From the NCBI RefSeq assembly GCF_037042905.1, contig NC_087246.1, positions 7,318,001-7,378,000 of the forward strand: a stretch of DNA of 60,000 bases. The letters are read 5' to 3'. Positions 39,610-51,170 of this stretch are shown one piece after another. A program made the translations under genes and the position numbers. A model generated the notes under the pieces. It had not been told where the DNA came from. It did not search any database and was given only the letters and a program-made list of their open reading frames with translations. Position 1 is the stretch's first letter. The number at the start of each line of letters is the position of its first letter. This stretch comes from Lytechinus pictus. Taxonomy: Eukaryota.

Positions 39610-40050
39610 GTACTGATGTAAGCCATTGGTTGGAAAGAGATTTCTCTGTACCTTATTTATATTTTTGTACTGCATGTCAATTTGGCTTCCAAAGTCTTAA
39701 AGGAATAATACAACTTCTCTTTAGGGTAATTAAAAGTATTCAAAACATGTAAAAATTTGTTTTAATCAAGGTTATCTAGTAGTCTATATTATATAATTCT
39801 TGTATTGATAACTAGCCAGTGATGGCCAATTAGTTCAAAGCGGACAATATAATAGAAGCATCCCCTTAACGTTTACAAATTGTGTCACCTAATCCATGCA
39901 GTGGTTCCCTTTTTAGAGTTGAATATCACATATTGGTATACTAGGCAGGCTTACTGCAATAGAAAGAAATAGTCATTTGCGGAATAAGTTGCTCGTATAA
40001 TCACAAAATGGCTTAGTTTGATTTCAACTGGCTTTTCTGTGTCTCTCCAG

Positions 40051-40119
40051 CCAAACAGCTTGAACTACTTGAGAAGATCGGAGGTTCTATTAATCAGCAA
40101 GCGGAAGCTGAAAGTCAGG
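40051..40119 (+). CDS. RANBP1: RanBP1 probable exon 6 (69-nt, frame-preserving, possibly a cassette exon)
   Basis: Pyrimidine tract + CAG, open reading (A)KQLELLEKIGGSINQQAEAESQ, donor G|GTATGC; phase 1-1. Confidence 0.6.
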
Positions 40120-40657
40120 GTATGCTTCTCTTTATATCCTAATTAGCATGAATTCAAACAAACCGATATTAACCTCAGAAAGAATGTCTTACATACTTGC
40201 TTTGGCATTACAGTGTTCTTCATTTTACAAATAATGCACGTGAGCGCATGCATGCAGGGCCAAATAATGAACGATGTGCGAGAAGAGCCAATAGATATAC
40301 CGCACCAAGGTCCACAGGACCGAGTGCGGTATATCCATTTGGCGAGTCTAGCACAGAGTTCATTATTTAGGTCCTCTATGCACAAGAATGCATGTATTAT
40401 TGGTTTTATACAACCCCTCCCCCTACTGAGTTGCCCCGAATGCTATATTTGATCTAAATCCTAGATAATTCCAGAACTCCTGCACTCTGACGTCGGAGTG
40501 CAGGATAGTGCATTTTGGATGCAATAGTGCAATTCGCTGAATATCATGTGATCCGATTTGTACCAATCAGATTACAGAACATTCTTGGGAGTTGTATAAT
40601 ATACTTTAATGTAAGAATAGACTATGTTTATATATACAGTCAAACTTTTGCCAGAAG

Positions 40658-41619
40658 TTTTTGTCTCACCTGCATAGCAGAGTGAGACTATAGGCGCCGC
40701 TTTTCCGACGGCGGCGGCGACGGCGGCGGCGGCGTCAACACCAAATCTTAACCTGAGGTTAAGTTTTTGAAATGACAGCATAACTTAGAAAGTATATGGA
40801 CCTAGTTCATGAAACTTGGCCATAAGGTTAATCAAGTATTACTGAATATCCTGCCTGAGTTTCATGTCACATGACCAAGGTCAAAGGTCATTTAGGGTCA
40901 ATGAACTTAGACCATGTTGGGGGAATCAACATCAAAATCTTAACCTAAGGTTAAGTTTTTGAAATGTCATCATAACTTAGAAAATATATGGACCTAGTTC
41001 ATGAAACTTATACATAAGGTTAATCAAGTGTCACTGAACATCCTGCTTGAGTTTCACATCACATGACCAAGGTCAAAGGTCATTTAGGGTCAATGAACTT
41101 TGGCCGAATAGGGGGTATCTGTTGAATTACCATCATAACTTTGAAAGTTTATGGATCTGATTCATGAAACTTAGACATAATAGTAATCAAGTATTACTGA
41201 ACATCCTGTGCAAGTTTCAGGTCACATGATCAAGGTCAAAGGTCATTTAGGGTCAATGAACTTTGGCCAAATTGGGGTATTTGTTGAATTACAGCCATAA
41301 ATTTGAAAGTGTGTTGGTCTAGTTCATAAAACTTGGACATAATAGTAATCAAGTATCACTGAACATCCTGTGCGAGTTTCAGGTCACATGATCAAGGTCA
41401 AAGGTCATGTAAGGTCAAAGATCTTTGGCCACGTTGGGGGTATTTGTTGAATTGCCATCATATCTCTATAAGTGTATTGGTCTAGTTCATAAAACGTGGA
41501 AATAAGAGTAACCAAGTATCACTGAACATCTTGTGCGAGTTATAGTAGTTTTCAAAATCAGCACTGCTGCTATATTGAATCGCGTGATGCAGGTGAGACG
41601 GCCAGAGGCATTCCACTTG
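40658..41619 (+). mobile_element. Helentron-associated element (HINE/DINE-1-like), copy 2
   Basis: Same architecture as 21356-22534, with subterminal IRs GTCTCACCTGCAT / ATGCAGGTGAGAC and 4-5 internal repeats. Confidence 0.75.
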
Positions 41620-41650
41620 TTATGATGTATGTTTTTCTTCTTTTTTTTAG

Positions 41651-41907
41651 AAGAAAAATCTGATGAGAAACCAGAGAATGAGTCCAAGCAGGCCGAGAAG
41701 GAAGCTGAGAAGTCAGAGAAAGATGCTGATGATGTAGCGGAGAAGCTTGGTGGAATGACGGTGAAAGACGCTGAGAAGACAACAGATGGAGAAGAACCTA
41801 GCAAGGAAACGGTGAAGGCAGATGGAGAAACAAAGGGAGAGGAGAGTAAAAAGGAGACAACAAAAGAAGATGAAGGTGGAAGCGGGGATTCTAAAGATGC
41901 CTCTTGA
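41651..41907 (+). CDS. RANBP1: RanBP1 last coding exon (acidic/lysine-rich tail with NES)
   Basis: Poly-T + TAG acceptor; (E)EKSDEKPENESKQAEKEAEKSEKDADDVAEKLGGMTVKD...SKDAS*; VAEKLGGMTV corresponds to the RanBP1 NES VAEKLEALSV. All seven exons sum to 795 nt (264 aa + stop). Confidence 0.9.
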
Positions 41908-42335
41908 AACAGACTTTCTCCATCTTCTATTTAAAGGGGTGGTTTCAATCCAGGGATGGCTATTTTTTAGTAACACCAAAAATATAAAATTTCATCATCA
42001 GTGAGACTTTTGGATGATTTGAAGGGCAGTTTGGACGTCCATCGGAAATAGTCAGGGAAAGTCTTATTTATATCTACTCTCTGCCTAGGTGAAGGAGGCA
42101 ATTGGGTTCCCAAGGAAAACGGAATCTTGTTTCATATCTTCAATTCATCTGCTAATGATATGATACATATGATTGACTTCTAAAAACCCAACAAATTATT
42201 GGTTGTAGACGGTTACTTGTTCCATGGTCTGTGGAGGTTAAAATTATAGCTAATCCTACACCTTGTACTTATGTGGTAAAACAATTTTTCCACTCTAATG
42301 GTATATCTGTATTAATAATTTTGTAATCTCCCTAG

Positions 42336-42792
42336 GGGCTATTCCACGGTTACCCACGTTACATTTGGAGACACCTTGACTCATACTTGGAGCTGTAACT
42401 CCATTATTATTGATAGGAACTAAACATCTCTTTATCACAACATAGTACGCAGTCTGACTATCCTTTGTTTAAAAACAAAACTTGGGAAATTTCATTATGC
42501 TTCTGGCAAATCTTTGAAATGTGTCGGTTACTCATGTTACATGATTTGGACATGCATAAAATGAAAAGTGGACATAGGTGAAAAGTGTCCTCATACAAGG
42601 CTTTTATGAAAGTTGATTATATCCATTTCAAAGAAGTATATTAGGGAGACAAATTTGTATATAATTCAAAAAATAAAGAACACTTGGTTTTTACTAGGGG
42701 TGCAGATAAAGTGGTTACTCACGTTACGGTTCAGATGGGCTATATGTACAAAGACACATTGAGCTCATGTCCACCAACCTATGGAATTGCCC
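42336..42792. mobile_element. Sola2-like MITE just downstream of the RanBP1 stop
   Basis: TIR GGGCTATTCCA / TGGAATTGCCC similar to 23148-25726; near-TSD CTAG/CTAT; repeated GGTTAC(C/T)CA(C/T)GTTAC. Confidence 0.65.
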
Positions 42793-45275
42793 CTATGTGT
42801 TTTTCTTGGTCATATTCCACTTAACAAATTTGATGGTTGCAAGAGATTATGTGGAAAGTGGCAATTAACTCTGTTTATTTGTTTATGATTCTAGAATCAT
42901 GTTACCAATGTTTTAAGCCAATGAGTAGCAAATTCTGTAATTCCTTTATCCGTTCCAGTAGGTAAATGAGTTGCAAACATTGCAGTCTGATTGACAGAAT
43001 AATTTGAGTTAGGCCATGTATTCAATAGAGTATAGATGTGAGCTTTTTTTTAGTCAGTCATTTCAACGATTGTTAGGGTGACTTATCAGTTGGTATACTA
43101 CATGTACCACTTGGTCTAATTCTCTGTTCTTGACATGGTCTAAACCAATTTTGTCTACAACCTGTTCGTCTATTATCTATTTCATCTAATTTCCACTAAG
43201 TCTAATTTCCAATTCGTTTAATGACTAGTTTGGATAAAAATGTTTGGTATAACAGAAGTACACAATATTGTTGCCCTTGTATGGATGTGGAATAATGGAG
43301 AAATCTCAGGGGCGTCAAAAAGATTATTTTGTAAATAAGGAACTGTTAAAATAACTCAATATTTGGGCTTGTTTTAATTTATATTGAAGGGAAATTGACT
43401 ATAAATGGATGACAACGGTGGATGCAGTAAGACAAGAAATGGGTTGAAACTTCAGGATAATTTACATTGAACAGATTCTTGTAAATTGGAGTATTTTAAA
43501 TAGGTCATGCCAGTCGTATGTTCACCAAGAATCAGTATGGATGGCTGTCTGAACAAGGCAAATTTGAAAGATCTTTGTACAAAATCATTTGAGAATATAC
43601 TGTTTCATGTACAGTCCACCTTTCAGATTGTCTCCGAATTTTACACATTGTTTTCTTCTGATATGTTTTACTTTTTACAATAAGTATTCAAATGTGGAGT
43701 TGTAATTGTAACTGGACATCATAAATTCCTTTTTAATATAAGGCTTAGAGCCAGGACCAATTAAAATTAAAGATGAGGTATTCACTAGATCTATCATCTA
43801 CCATGTAAATGGGTTCATTGTAGCATGGAGTGCTGTGGAGTTTTCATGGATTAAACCCTTATGTCAGAGTTGGCACCTCATAGTAAACATTAATCACAGA
43901 GCTGCTACATGTATTTCCTCATTTATGTTTGGAGCATGAGGAGCTCTTACCATCTTTGCAATGCTTGTATGCCTGGTTCAGAAGCTTAGCATGATTATGT
44001 ACATGCATGACAGACCTAAAATTGCTTAAAAGAATTTCATGTAATACAAATTGAATTTCAAGCTTGACTTCATAAATTAATGGTCATTCTTGGTACTACT
44101 TGTTAATTTCAATTTGTTTTTAGGCTGTCTGGTCATACTGTAATTAAATACAAGTATAAAAAAAAACAAGCCTCCCCTTGTCTTTTTAAGTTTTTAGGTT
44201 GTCAAAATGGCCTTTTTATTATATTAGGGTTGTGACTTGTGAGCACAAGACCATTGCTAGCTCAGTTTATTGAGATAAGTTCATTATATTCTCACTTCAA
44301 TGACAATTATAGATGGAGGTATGTTATATTTCAGATTTAGAGTCAAACCTCTTTCACAAGCCTTGTTGATTCCATTAATCAAGAAGAGCTAAGATTGCAA
44401 TTTGAATATAAGACTGAAATTATTTCCATTTTAGATCATTGGCATCCATTTTGAAAGTACTACCGTTAAGAATAATAAACAGTTTATTTGGTAATTGATG
44501 AATGCTTATTGTAATTGTATCCAATTCTTTGGTGAATTATTATTTTTTATATAAGATGTGATTATAGAGAGATATGTGATTTAACCATTCCATGCATGCA
44601 AATAATAATATTATTAAACATTAACACTGTTTATATAAATACCCCTCCCCCTCCAGCCCACTGGACCTCAAAAATGTCGTTTAGACAGTCATTTTGTATA
44701 GAACTTACTATTTATTGAAACTTCCACCGACACTTTGATTTTGATTGTCGTCTGTTACCAAGGTAGTTGCTATCAATAGTAAGTTCATTGCAATCAGATT
44801 TTTGCTTTGAAGCAGAAATTGTATGTATTAATTTCTAACAAGATAAATCTAAATGAATGCTGCTGCTGTGCTATGTTTGATTAGGATTTAAAGAGATTTA
44901 CATGCCATTGAAGAAAAGTCAGCATTTTCCCATTACTTGTTGGATATTTTGTAATTTTCGTGATACTTATTTTTTTTCAGGTCAAGATTAATTTGCTGCA
45001 AATTAAGTCATTTGTAATGTGTGTGTTAATTTATTATTATTTTTAAATTTAAGTAGCCCGTAAAATAGTTATGAGAAAATGTTTCTGTATGCTGGTATAC
45101 CATATTACACCACACAGAATTGTATTAAAATGTACAATAACTAGCAGATTCAGCGTCATAAGATTCTTGAAGATTTTGAATACCAAGTAAACAGAAATTT
45201 GTACACATTGCTCATTGACAATTTTTTTCCAGATAATTTTTTTAATAACTTCTGGAGGTTTCCATGACGAAGGAA

Positions 45276-45447
45276 TAGAGTGTAGTGGTTTCACGGTACA
45301 CCATGAATTGTTTTGTATGCCCACGAATGAATACATGGTACACCATGAATTGTTTTGTATGCCCACGAATGAATACATGGTACACCATGAATTGCTTTGT
45401 ATGCCCACGAATGAATACATGGTGTACCATGAAACCACTACACTCTA
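45276..45447. mobile_element. Miniature element with ~30-bp TIRs enclosing three 42-bp tandem repeats
   Basis: TAGAGTGTAGTGGTTTCACGGTACACCATG ... CATGGTGTACCATGAAACCACTACACTCTA; unit aattgttttgtatgcccacgaatgaatacatggtacaccatg. Confidence 0.75.
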
Positions 45448-48400
45448 ACATATTTTACCCGAGTGAAACATCGTTCATATATATATATATATAGGTAACT
45501 GTCCAATCTGTTGGGACCACAGATAAGGAACTAACCGTTTTATGCATAATCTTAATTCTTAAGCAAACTTATGACTTCCAAATGGAAGGTCAACTAATGC
45601 AAGGTTACCTGTATGTCATTGAATTCATGATTATTTATTTCTTTTAATGAATTTACATCTAGAATTCATCAGAAATTGATTTTAGTTTCAGCTGCATCAT
45701 TTTAATTTTCTTCTGATTTCCCCTTGCTCATAATATGCAAAAATTTTCTGTTAATTTTCTGAGAATATTGATTGTGCAAACATTAATTTCATTAAACATT
45801 TGAAATTGTAAATAGTGTGGTATAGTTGTGTTTGTTTTGTTTATTGCAAGATGTCTTTCATTAGTGTGTAATACCATTGAAACCCATATCCTTCAATTCT
45901 ACCTTTAAACAATTTCAAATCCAACTATCTTTAGTTTTGGTAATCCCAAAGTGCATGTCACCATTCAATTTCATTGCAAGATTTTAATGATCCATATACC
46001 CCAATGCAGAAATGGTGTAAAGGACATAAACTAGAAATGTGGTTTATTGGATGAATTTACTTCAAAATTCAATAAAGATCTGGTGCCCAATCAGAATAAA
46101 ATAATCGCTTCACTTCTGTCATATTGGAATGTTATGCTGCCGACTTGCACGAATTTGGGTTCCCGCTTTGTCATGATTTTATCATGCCATTTCGTTCACG
46201 ACATGTTCACGCAGTATTTACGAATAGTTCGCGCACTGTCACCAGGTGCATATCCAGCATCAGATCCTACAAAGCATTTCATGGGCCCAACTGTCTGGGG
46301 ACAATATTGACTATTATGCTTGTGCATGGCCAATATATTTCTTTGTCAAAGTTGATGCTGGATTCGCTATTGGTCATGTCATTCAGTTCATTATTCATTG
46401 GAGCATAAAATCCATGAATTGCCATTCGATACAGCCAAAATGCGTATGCTTTTGAGGCGAGCTTGAACGATGCGCAAAATATTGTTTAATTTAATAATTA
46501 GACGTGAAATGCGTGCCACTTGACTTTGGCACGACACTTCAAGCATTGTTGCGCACTTGCCCGCACACTTCATGACATGGAACTAGTGAACTGTTCGGGC
46601 CCCAAAATCATGCAAGTATAATAGTAGACCGGCCAAAACGATTTTTTATACTTTGGACGGCAAAATTTGTTAATGCTTGCTAATGCTTGGAATCCCAGCT
46701 AATAGTCTTGCAAAAATACCCAGGAATAGCGTACGGCCGGATGCCAAGCGCAATTTTGCGTGAAAGTGTCATTTTTAGCGTAAAATCTGAAAGAATGTCG
46801 AAAATCACGCATTTTGATATTTTGACGGATTATTTTAATATTTTTGATTATCTTTGATATGCAATTATTTTTATTCAGAGTTTCAAATTATAAGTCTCAT
46901 AAATATGCATTTCAAATTTGAATATTACACACACACATATGGCACAGGGAAACATAAAACCGCGATTCCCTCAAAATAAAAGTTTGTGAAAACTATCAAT
47001 AGTTTAAAGTTTTTTACGCAACTTAAATTCTTCGATTTAAATGCGTTTCTCAATCGAATGTATAGTAAATGTCCTAATGCCACAAATATTAAAATAATTT
47101 TCAAGTAAGATGGAATATATCTCATTTTATGTTATCCGAAAGGAGACGATGTGCATTTTACCAGGTGCGCATTTTGAAAGAAAAATTGAAATAACCGTAC
47201 ATTATGTACATTATTACATGTATAAGTACATACTAAAGCGAGTTTTTAATTACATGTATAAGTGCATTCTAGAGCGAGTTTTTAATTGGATAGCACAATT
47301 TGTCAATTCTTTGCATCCCAGCTCAAATTCTTGCGGAAATACTGAGGAATAACGAACGGGCGGATGCCAAGTGCACTTTTGCGTGAAAGCATCATTTTTA
47401 GCGTGAAATCTGAAAGACTGTCGAAAATCACGCATTTTGATATTTTGACGGATTATCATCATATTTTTTATTATCTTTGATATGGAATTATCTTTATTCA
47501 GAGTTTTAAGTTATAAGTCTACTAAATATGCATTTCAATTTGGAATATTACACACACATATATGGCAATACGACATAAAAAATCGTGATTTACTCAAAAT
47601 AGAAGTTTGTGAACACTATCAATAGTTCTAAGTTTTTTTACAACTTAAATTCTTCGATTTAAATTGGTTTATCTATTGAATATCGATCGTTTCTAATGTC
47701 ACAAATATTAAAAGAATTTTCAAGTAAGATGGAAGAAATATTTTCCGAAAGGGGGCATGCAAAATTTAGCGGGGAGGGGGGGGGTTTATTTTGAACGTAA
47801 AATTGAAGATATTGTAAATTATTAACATAATTACATGAATAAGTACATGTACATACTTAAAACGAGTTACACAATTTATGGCCGCAACTGCCTCCCCCCC
47901 CCCCCCCTCCCCCCGCTGCCTAAGGTCATGTGTAGTGTCCGAAAGGATTACATGGAGCTGAAAGTATCCCGTTTTCAAGATAATATACCACTAGCGTAAA
48001 GAGGAGGGGGGCAGACTGCCCCCCCCCGGACGAGTCACAACTCATTCAGGGGACGTACCCCTGCCCCCCCCCCCTGACGATTTTTTTTTCTGGTACAAAA
48101 TCCTTTATTTGTGGTTGAAAACCTCTTTTTTTTTGCTTGTAATTTTTTTTTCGCAGACGAAATATCCTCCAAAAAATTGCCCCCCCCTTTGGAAAATCCT
48201 GGGTACGCCGCTCTAATATACTCAAAGTATTCTGCTCGCGATTCGAGTGTATATTTTTTTTGTGGTTTAGCGAGATAGGCACCCTACACGAGATTACAAA
48301 AAGATGGCAAATACGTTTTTGACTCGAGCTTCGCGCTGGCATTAATACACTACTCAAAAAAAGTTAAGGACCACTTTTTAAAACGTACATAAAGATTTTA

Positions 48401-48605
48401 TACAAGGTGTTTTATTTCTGGAAATACCTCAGTACAACTGTCCTAAATGTCCTTAAACACGCTGTAATCAATTTCACGCATGGGTGGTTTCAGTTGTTGC
48501 ACAATGTCTCTCGCATCACTGCACATCCTGAAAAGTGGGCCCCGAGGGGTATCAGCTACCGACATGAAGTGGTAAAAACGAATGTCTGAGTGTCTTTCAG
48601 GCAGT

Positions 48606-49634
48606 TCAGTAACGAGTGTGACCACCTCCTGCAGCAATAACGGCTTCACAGCGCTGTCTCATGGAGCTGATGAGGCGATTGATGTCTCTGACGTCCAGTG
48701 CATCCCATGCAGCCTCCAGAGCCACACCCAGCTGCTGCAGTCCAAGTGGATGGGCTTCGAGCTGCTCGAGACTCCTCCCCATCATGTCCCAGACGTGCTC
48801 TATCGGGTTTAAGTCCGGGGACCTCGCTTGCCACTCCATACGCTCAATCCCCTGGCCCTCAAGGAACTCGGTCACCACCCTAGCTCGGTGGGCACGGGCA
48901 TTGTCATCCATGAAAATGATGTTTTGTCCCACATTTTCTGCAAATGGCACCACTATAGGTTCAAGGACCTCATCCCTGTACCTCACTCCTGTCATTGCTC
49001 CCCCTGGGACCACGTAGAGACGAGTACGGTTGGCGTAGGTGATGCCTCCCCACACCATGACGCTGCCTCCCCCATAACGGTCATGTTCTGCAATACAGGG
49101 GTCTGCAAATCTCTCTCCTGGTCGCCTCCAGACTCTCGAACGTCCATCATTGTGGTCAAGGGAAAATCTGCTCTCATCTGTGAACAGAACTCTACGCCAT
49201 TGCTGTCTGGTCCATCTGACATGCTCCCGGGCCCAGTTGAGACGAATTCTTCTGTGAGCAGGGGTGAGTGGGACACACTGAGCTGGCCGTCTGGCATGCA
49301 TATTGGCTCTGTGAAGTCGGTTACGGATTGTTTGAGTGCAAACAATCACTCCAGTTGCTGCAGCGAAGTCATTGTTGAGGCGGCGTGCACTGTGAAAGCG
49401 GTTGCGGAGGCTGAGATTCGTCAAGTAGCGATCATCTCTAGGGGTTGTCGAAACTGGTCGGCCACTGCGGGGTCTCTCGGAGTATAGCCCTGTCTCTCGG
49501 TGTCTTTGATTTGCTCTGCTAATGACACTGTGTGACACGCCCATCATTCTGGCTACTCTTCGCTGACTGAGGCCAGCTTCCAGCATCCCTAGGGCTCTGG
49601 CTACATCTGTTTCACTTAGGTGGTGTCTTGGCAT
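48606..49634 (-). CDS. Tc1-like DD34E transposase, 342 aa, uninterrupted
   Basis: N-terminal paired-like HTH with GRP motif; VLFTDESRF, FMDDNARAH and SPDLNPIEHVW with 34 residues between the second D and E; C-terminal GGHTRY. Start taken at MPRHHLSE. Confidence 0.95.
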   Translation of the reverse strand: MPRHHLSETDVARALGMLEAGLSQRRVARMMGVSHSVISRANQRHRETGLYSERPRSGRPVSTTPRDDRYLTNLSLRNRFHSARRLNNDFAAATGVIVCTQTIRNRLHRANMHARRPAQCVPLTPAHRRIRLNWAREHVRWTRQQWRRVLFTDESRFSLDHNDGRSRVWRRPGERFADPCIAEHDRYGGGSVMVWGGITYANRTRLYVVPGGAMTGVRYRDEVLEPIVVPFAENVGQNIIFMDDNARAHRARVVTEFLEGQGIERMEWQARSPDLNPIEHVWDMMGRSLEQLEAHPLGLQQLGVALEAAWDALDVRDINRLISSMRQRCEAVIAAGGGHTRY

Positions 49635-49965
49635 TGCTATCCAGCTGTTCAGGATGCCATCAAACACAATGAAATCAATTTCACACATGCAGTTCTTTCA
49701 TGTCTCTTGCATCATTGCAATGTGCCCGTACAAAAGTGGCTTCCAAAGCATTTTCTGTCTTTAGTCTCTACAATCAACAACTTGCTGACAATAGCAATGC
49801 CAAGATACAGCTGTCCAGAATGCCATCAAACACAATGACATCAATTTCACACATGCAGTTATTTCATGATGTCTCTGGCATCATTGCAGTGGGCCATAAG
49901 ACAAGTGTCTTCCAAAGCATTTTCCGTCTTTAGTCTGTACAATCAACAACTTGCCTACAACAGCA

Positions 49966-50394
49966 ATGCCAAGACACCACCTAAGTGAAACAGATGTAGC
50001 CAGAGCCCTAGGGATGCTGGAAGCTGGCCTCAGTCAGCGAAGAGTAGCCAGAATGATGGGCGTGTCACACAGTGTCATTAGCAGAGCAAATCAAAGACAC
50101 CGAGAGACAGGGCTATACTCCGAGAGACCCCGCAGTGGCCGACCAGTTTCGACAACCCCTAGAGATGATCGCTACTTGACGAATCTCAGCCTCCGCAACC
50201 GCTTTCACAGTGCACGCCGCCTCAACAATGACTTCGCTGCAGCAACTGGAGTGATTGTTTGAACTCAAACAATCCGTAACCGACTTCACAGAGCCAATAT
50301 GCTGGACGTCAGAGACATCAATCGCCTCATCAGCTCCATGAGACAGCGCTGTGAAGCCGTTATTGCTGCAGGAGGTGGTCACACTCGTTACTGA
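49966..50394 (+). pseudogene. Inverted, internally deleted copy of the same transposase (98-aa DNA-binding-domain ORF at 49966-50262)
   Basis: Identical N-terminus up to a TGC>TGA change, then ...ANM joined directly to LDVRD...GHTRY*, i.e. lacking the 600 bp equivalent to 48699-49298. Confidence 0.9.
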
Positions 50395-50974
50395 ACTGCC
50401 TGAAAGACACTCAGACATTGGTTTTTACCACTTCATGTCGGTAGCTGATACCCCTCGGGGCCCACTTTTCAGGATGTGCAGTGATGCGAGAGACATTGTG
50501 CAACAACTGAAACCACCCATGCGTGAAATTGATTACAGCGTGTTTAAGGACATTTAGGACAGTTGTACTGAGGTATTTCCAGAAATAAAACACCTTGTAT
50601 AAAATCTTTATGTACGTTTTAAAAAGTGGTCCTTAACTTTTTTTGAGTAGTGTATATGAGATAAACAACTTGCTATCTGTTAAAAAAAAACCTTGCTTGA
50701 AGTGTCAACTTCTCAGAATCCAGTCGCATCCAGTCCATTATTAAATAAATGTGAATACTGTATGTCCAATCTTTAGCTCTAAATATCTCCCAATTTTAGC
50801 TCGCGCTTTTGCGCTAACGTTTTTGTTAAGTAAGATATTCATCTTTTTCTACATTAAAAACATGTTTAAAATCCTTCGTTTAATTCGACATTTTCAGTTC
50901 ACGCTTCGCGCTCGCATCAAATGCTGTAATTAAATACTGATCATTGTTCATGATTTGACGATTTTTGTTTTACC

Positions 50975-51170
50975 TCATTTGCTAAGAAAGCGTGAATGCT
51001 TCCAAGCAAGCAACCAGATGACCGATGGCTTAAGGTACTCTCCGAGGGACCTATAGGATTAAAATGCCCTACTACCATTTAAATGCCTTACTTGGCACTA
51101 GCGCGCCATGGGAATCGAACCCAGGCCACCGGAATCCGAAACCCCCTCACTACCGATTGAGCTATTGCGC
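50975..51170 (-). mobile_element. tRNA-derived SINE
   Basis: Minus strand has A-box TAGCTCAATCGG and B-box GGTTCGATTCCC, followed by a non-tRNA body (GTCCCTCGGAGAGTACCTTAAGCCATCGGTC). Confidence 0.7.

Larger units (their letters stand above)
48348..50652. mobile_element. Rearranged (palindromic) Tc1-family transposon
   Basis: TA|CACTACTCAAAAAAAGTTAAGGACCAC...GTGGTCCTTAACTTTTTTTGAGTAGTG|TA; both ends are near-identical copies of the transposase 3' end plus TIR. Confidence 0.93.

Noticed and set aside
45295..45431. Palindromic repeat with regular spacers resembling a mini-CRISPR
   Set aside because: Spacers are near-identical and the unit is bounded by TIRs in eukaryotic DNA.
48582..49487. 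Plus-strand ORFs of 76-219 aa overlapping the transposase
   Set aside because: Antisense shadows of the GC-richer Tc1 ORF with no recognisable motifs.
49635..49688. Upstream Met extending the transposase to 360 aa
   Set aside because: The extension comes from the reverse complement of the spacer; the inverted copy shares sequence only from just before MPRHH.
51095..51170. Functional tRNA gene
   Set aside because: A and B boxes are present but stems are imperfect and it continues into a SINE-like body.
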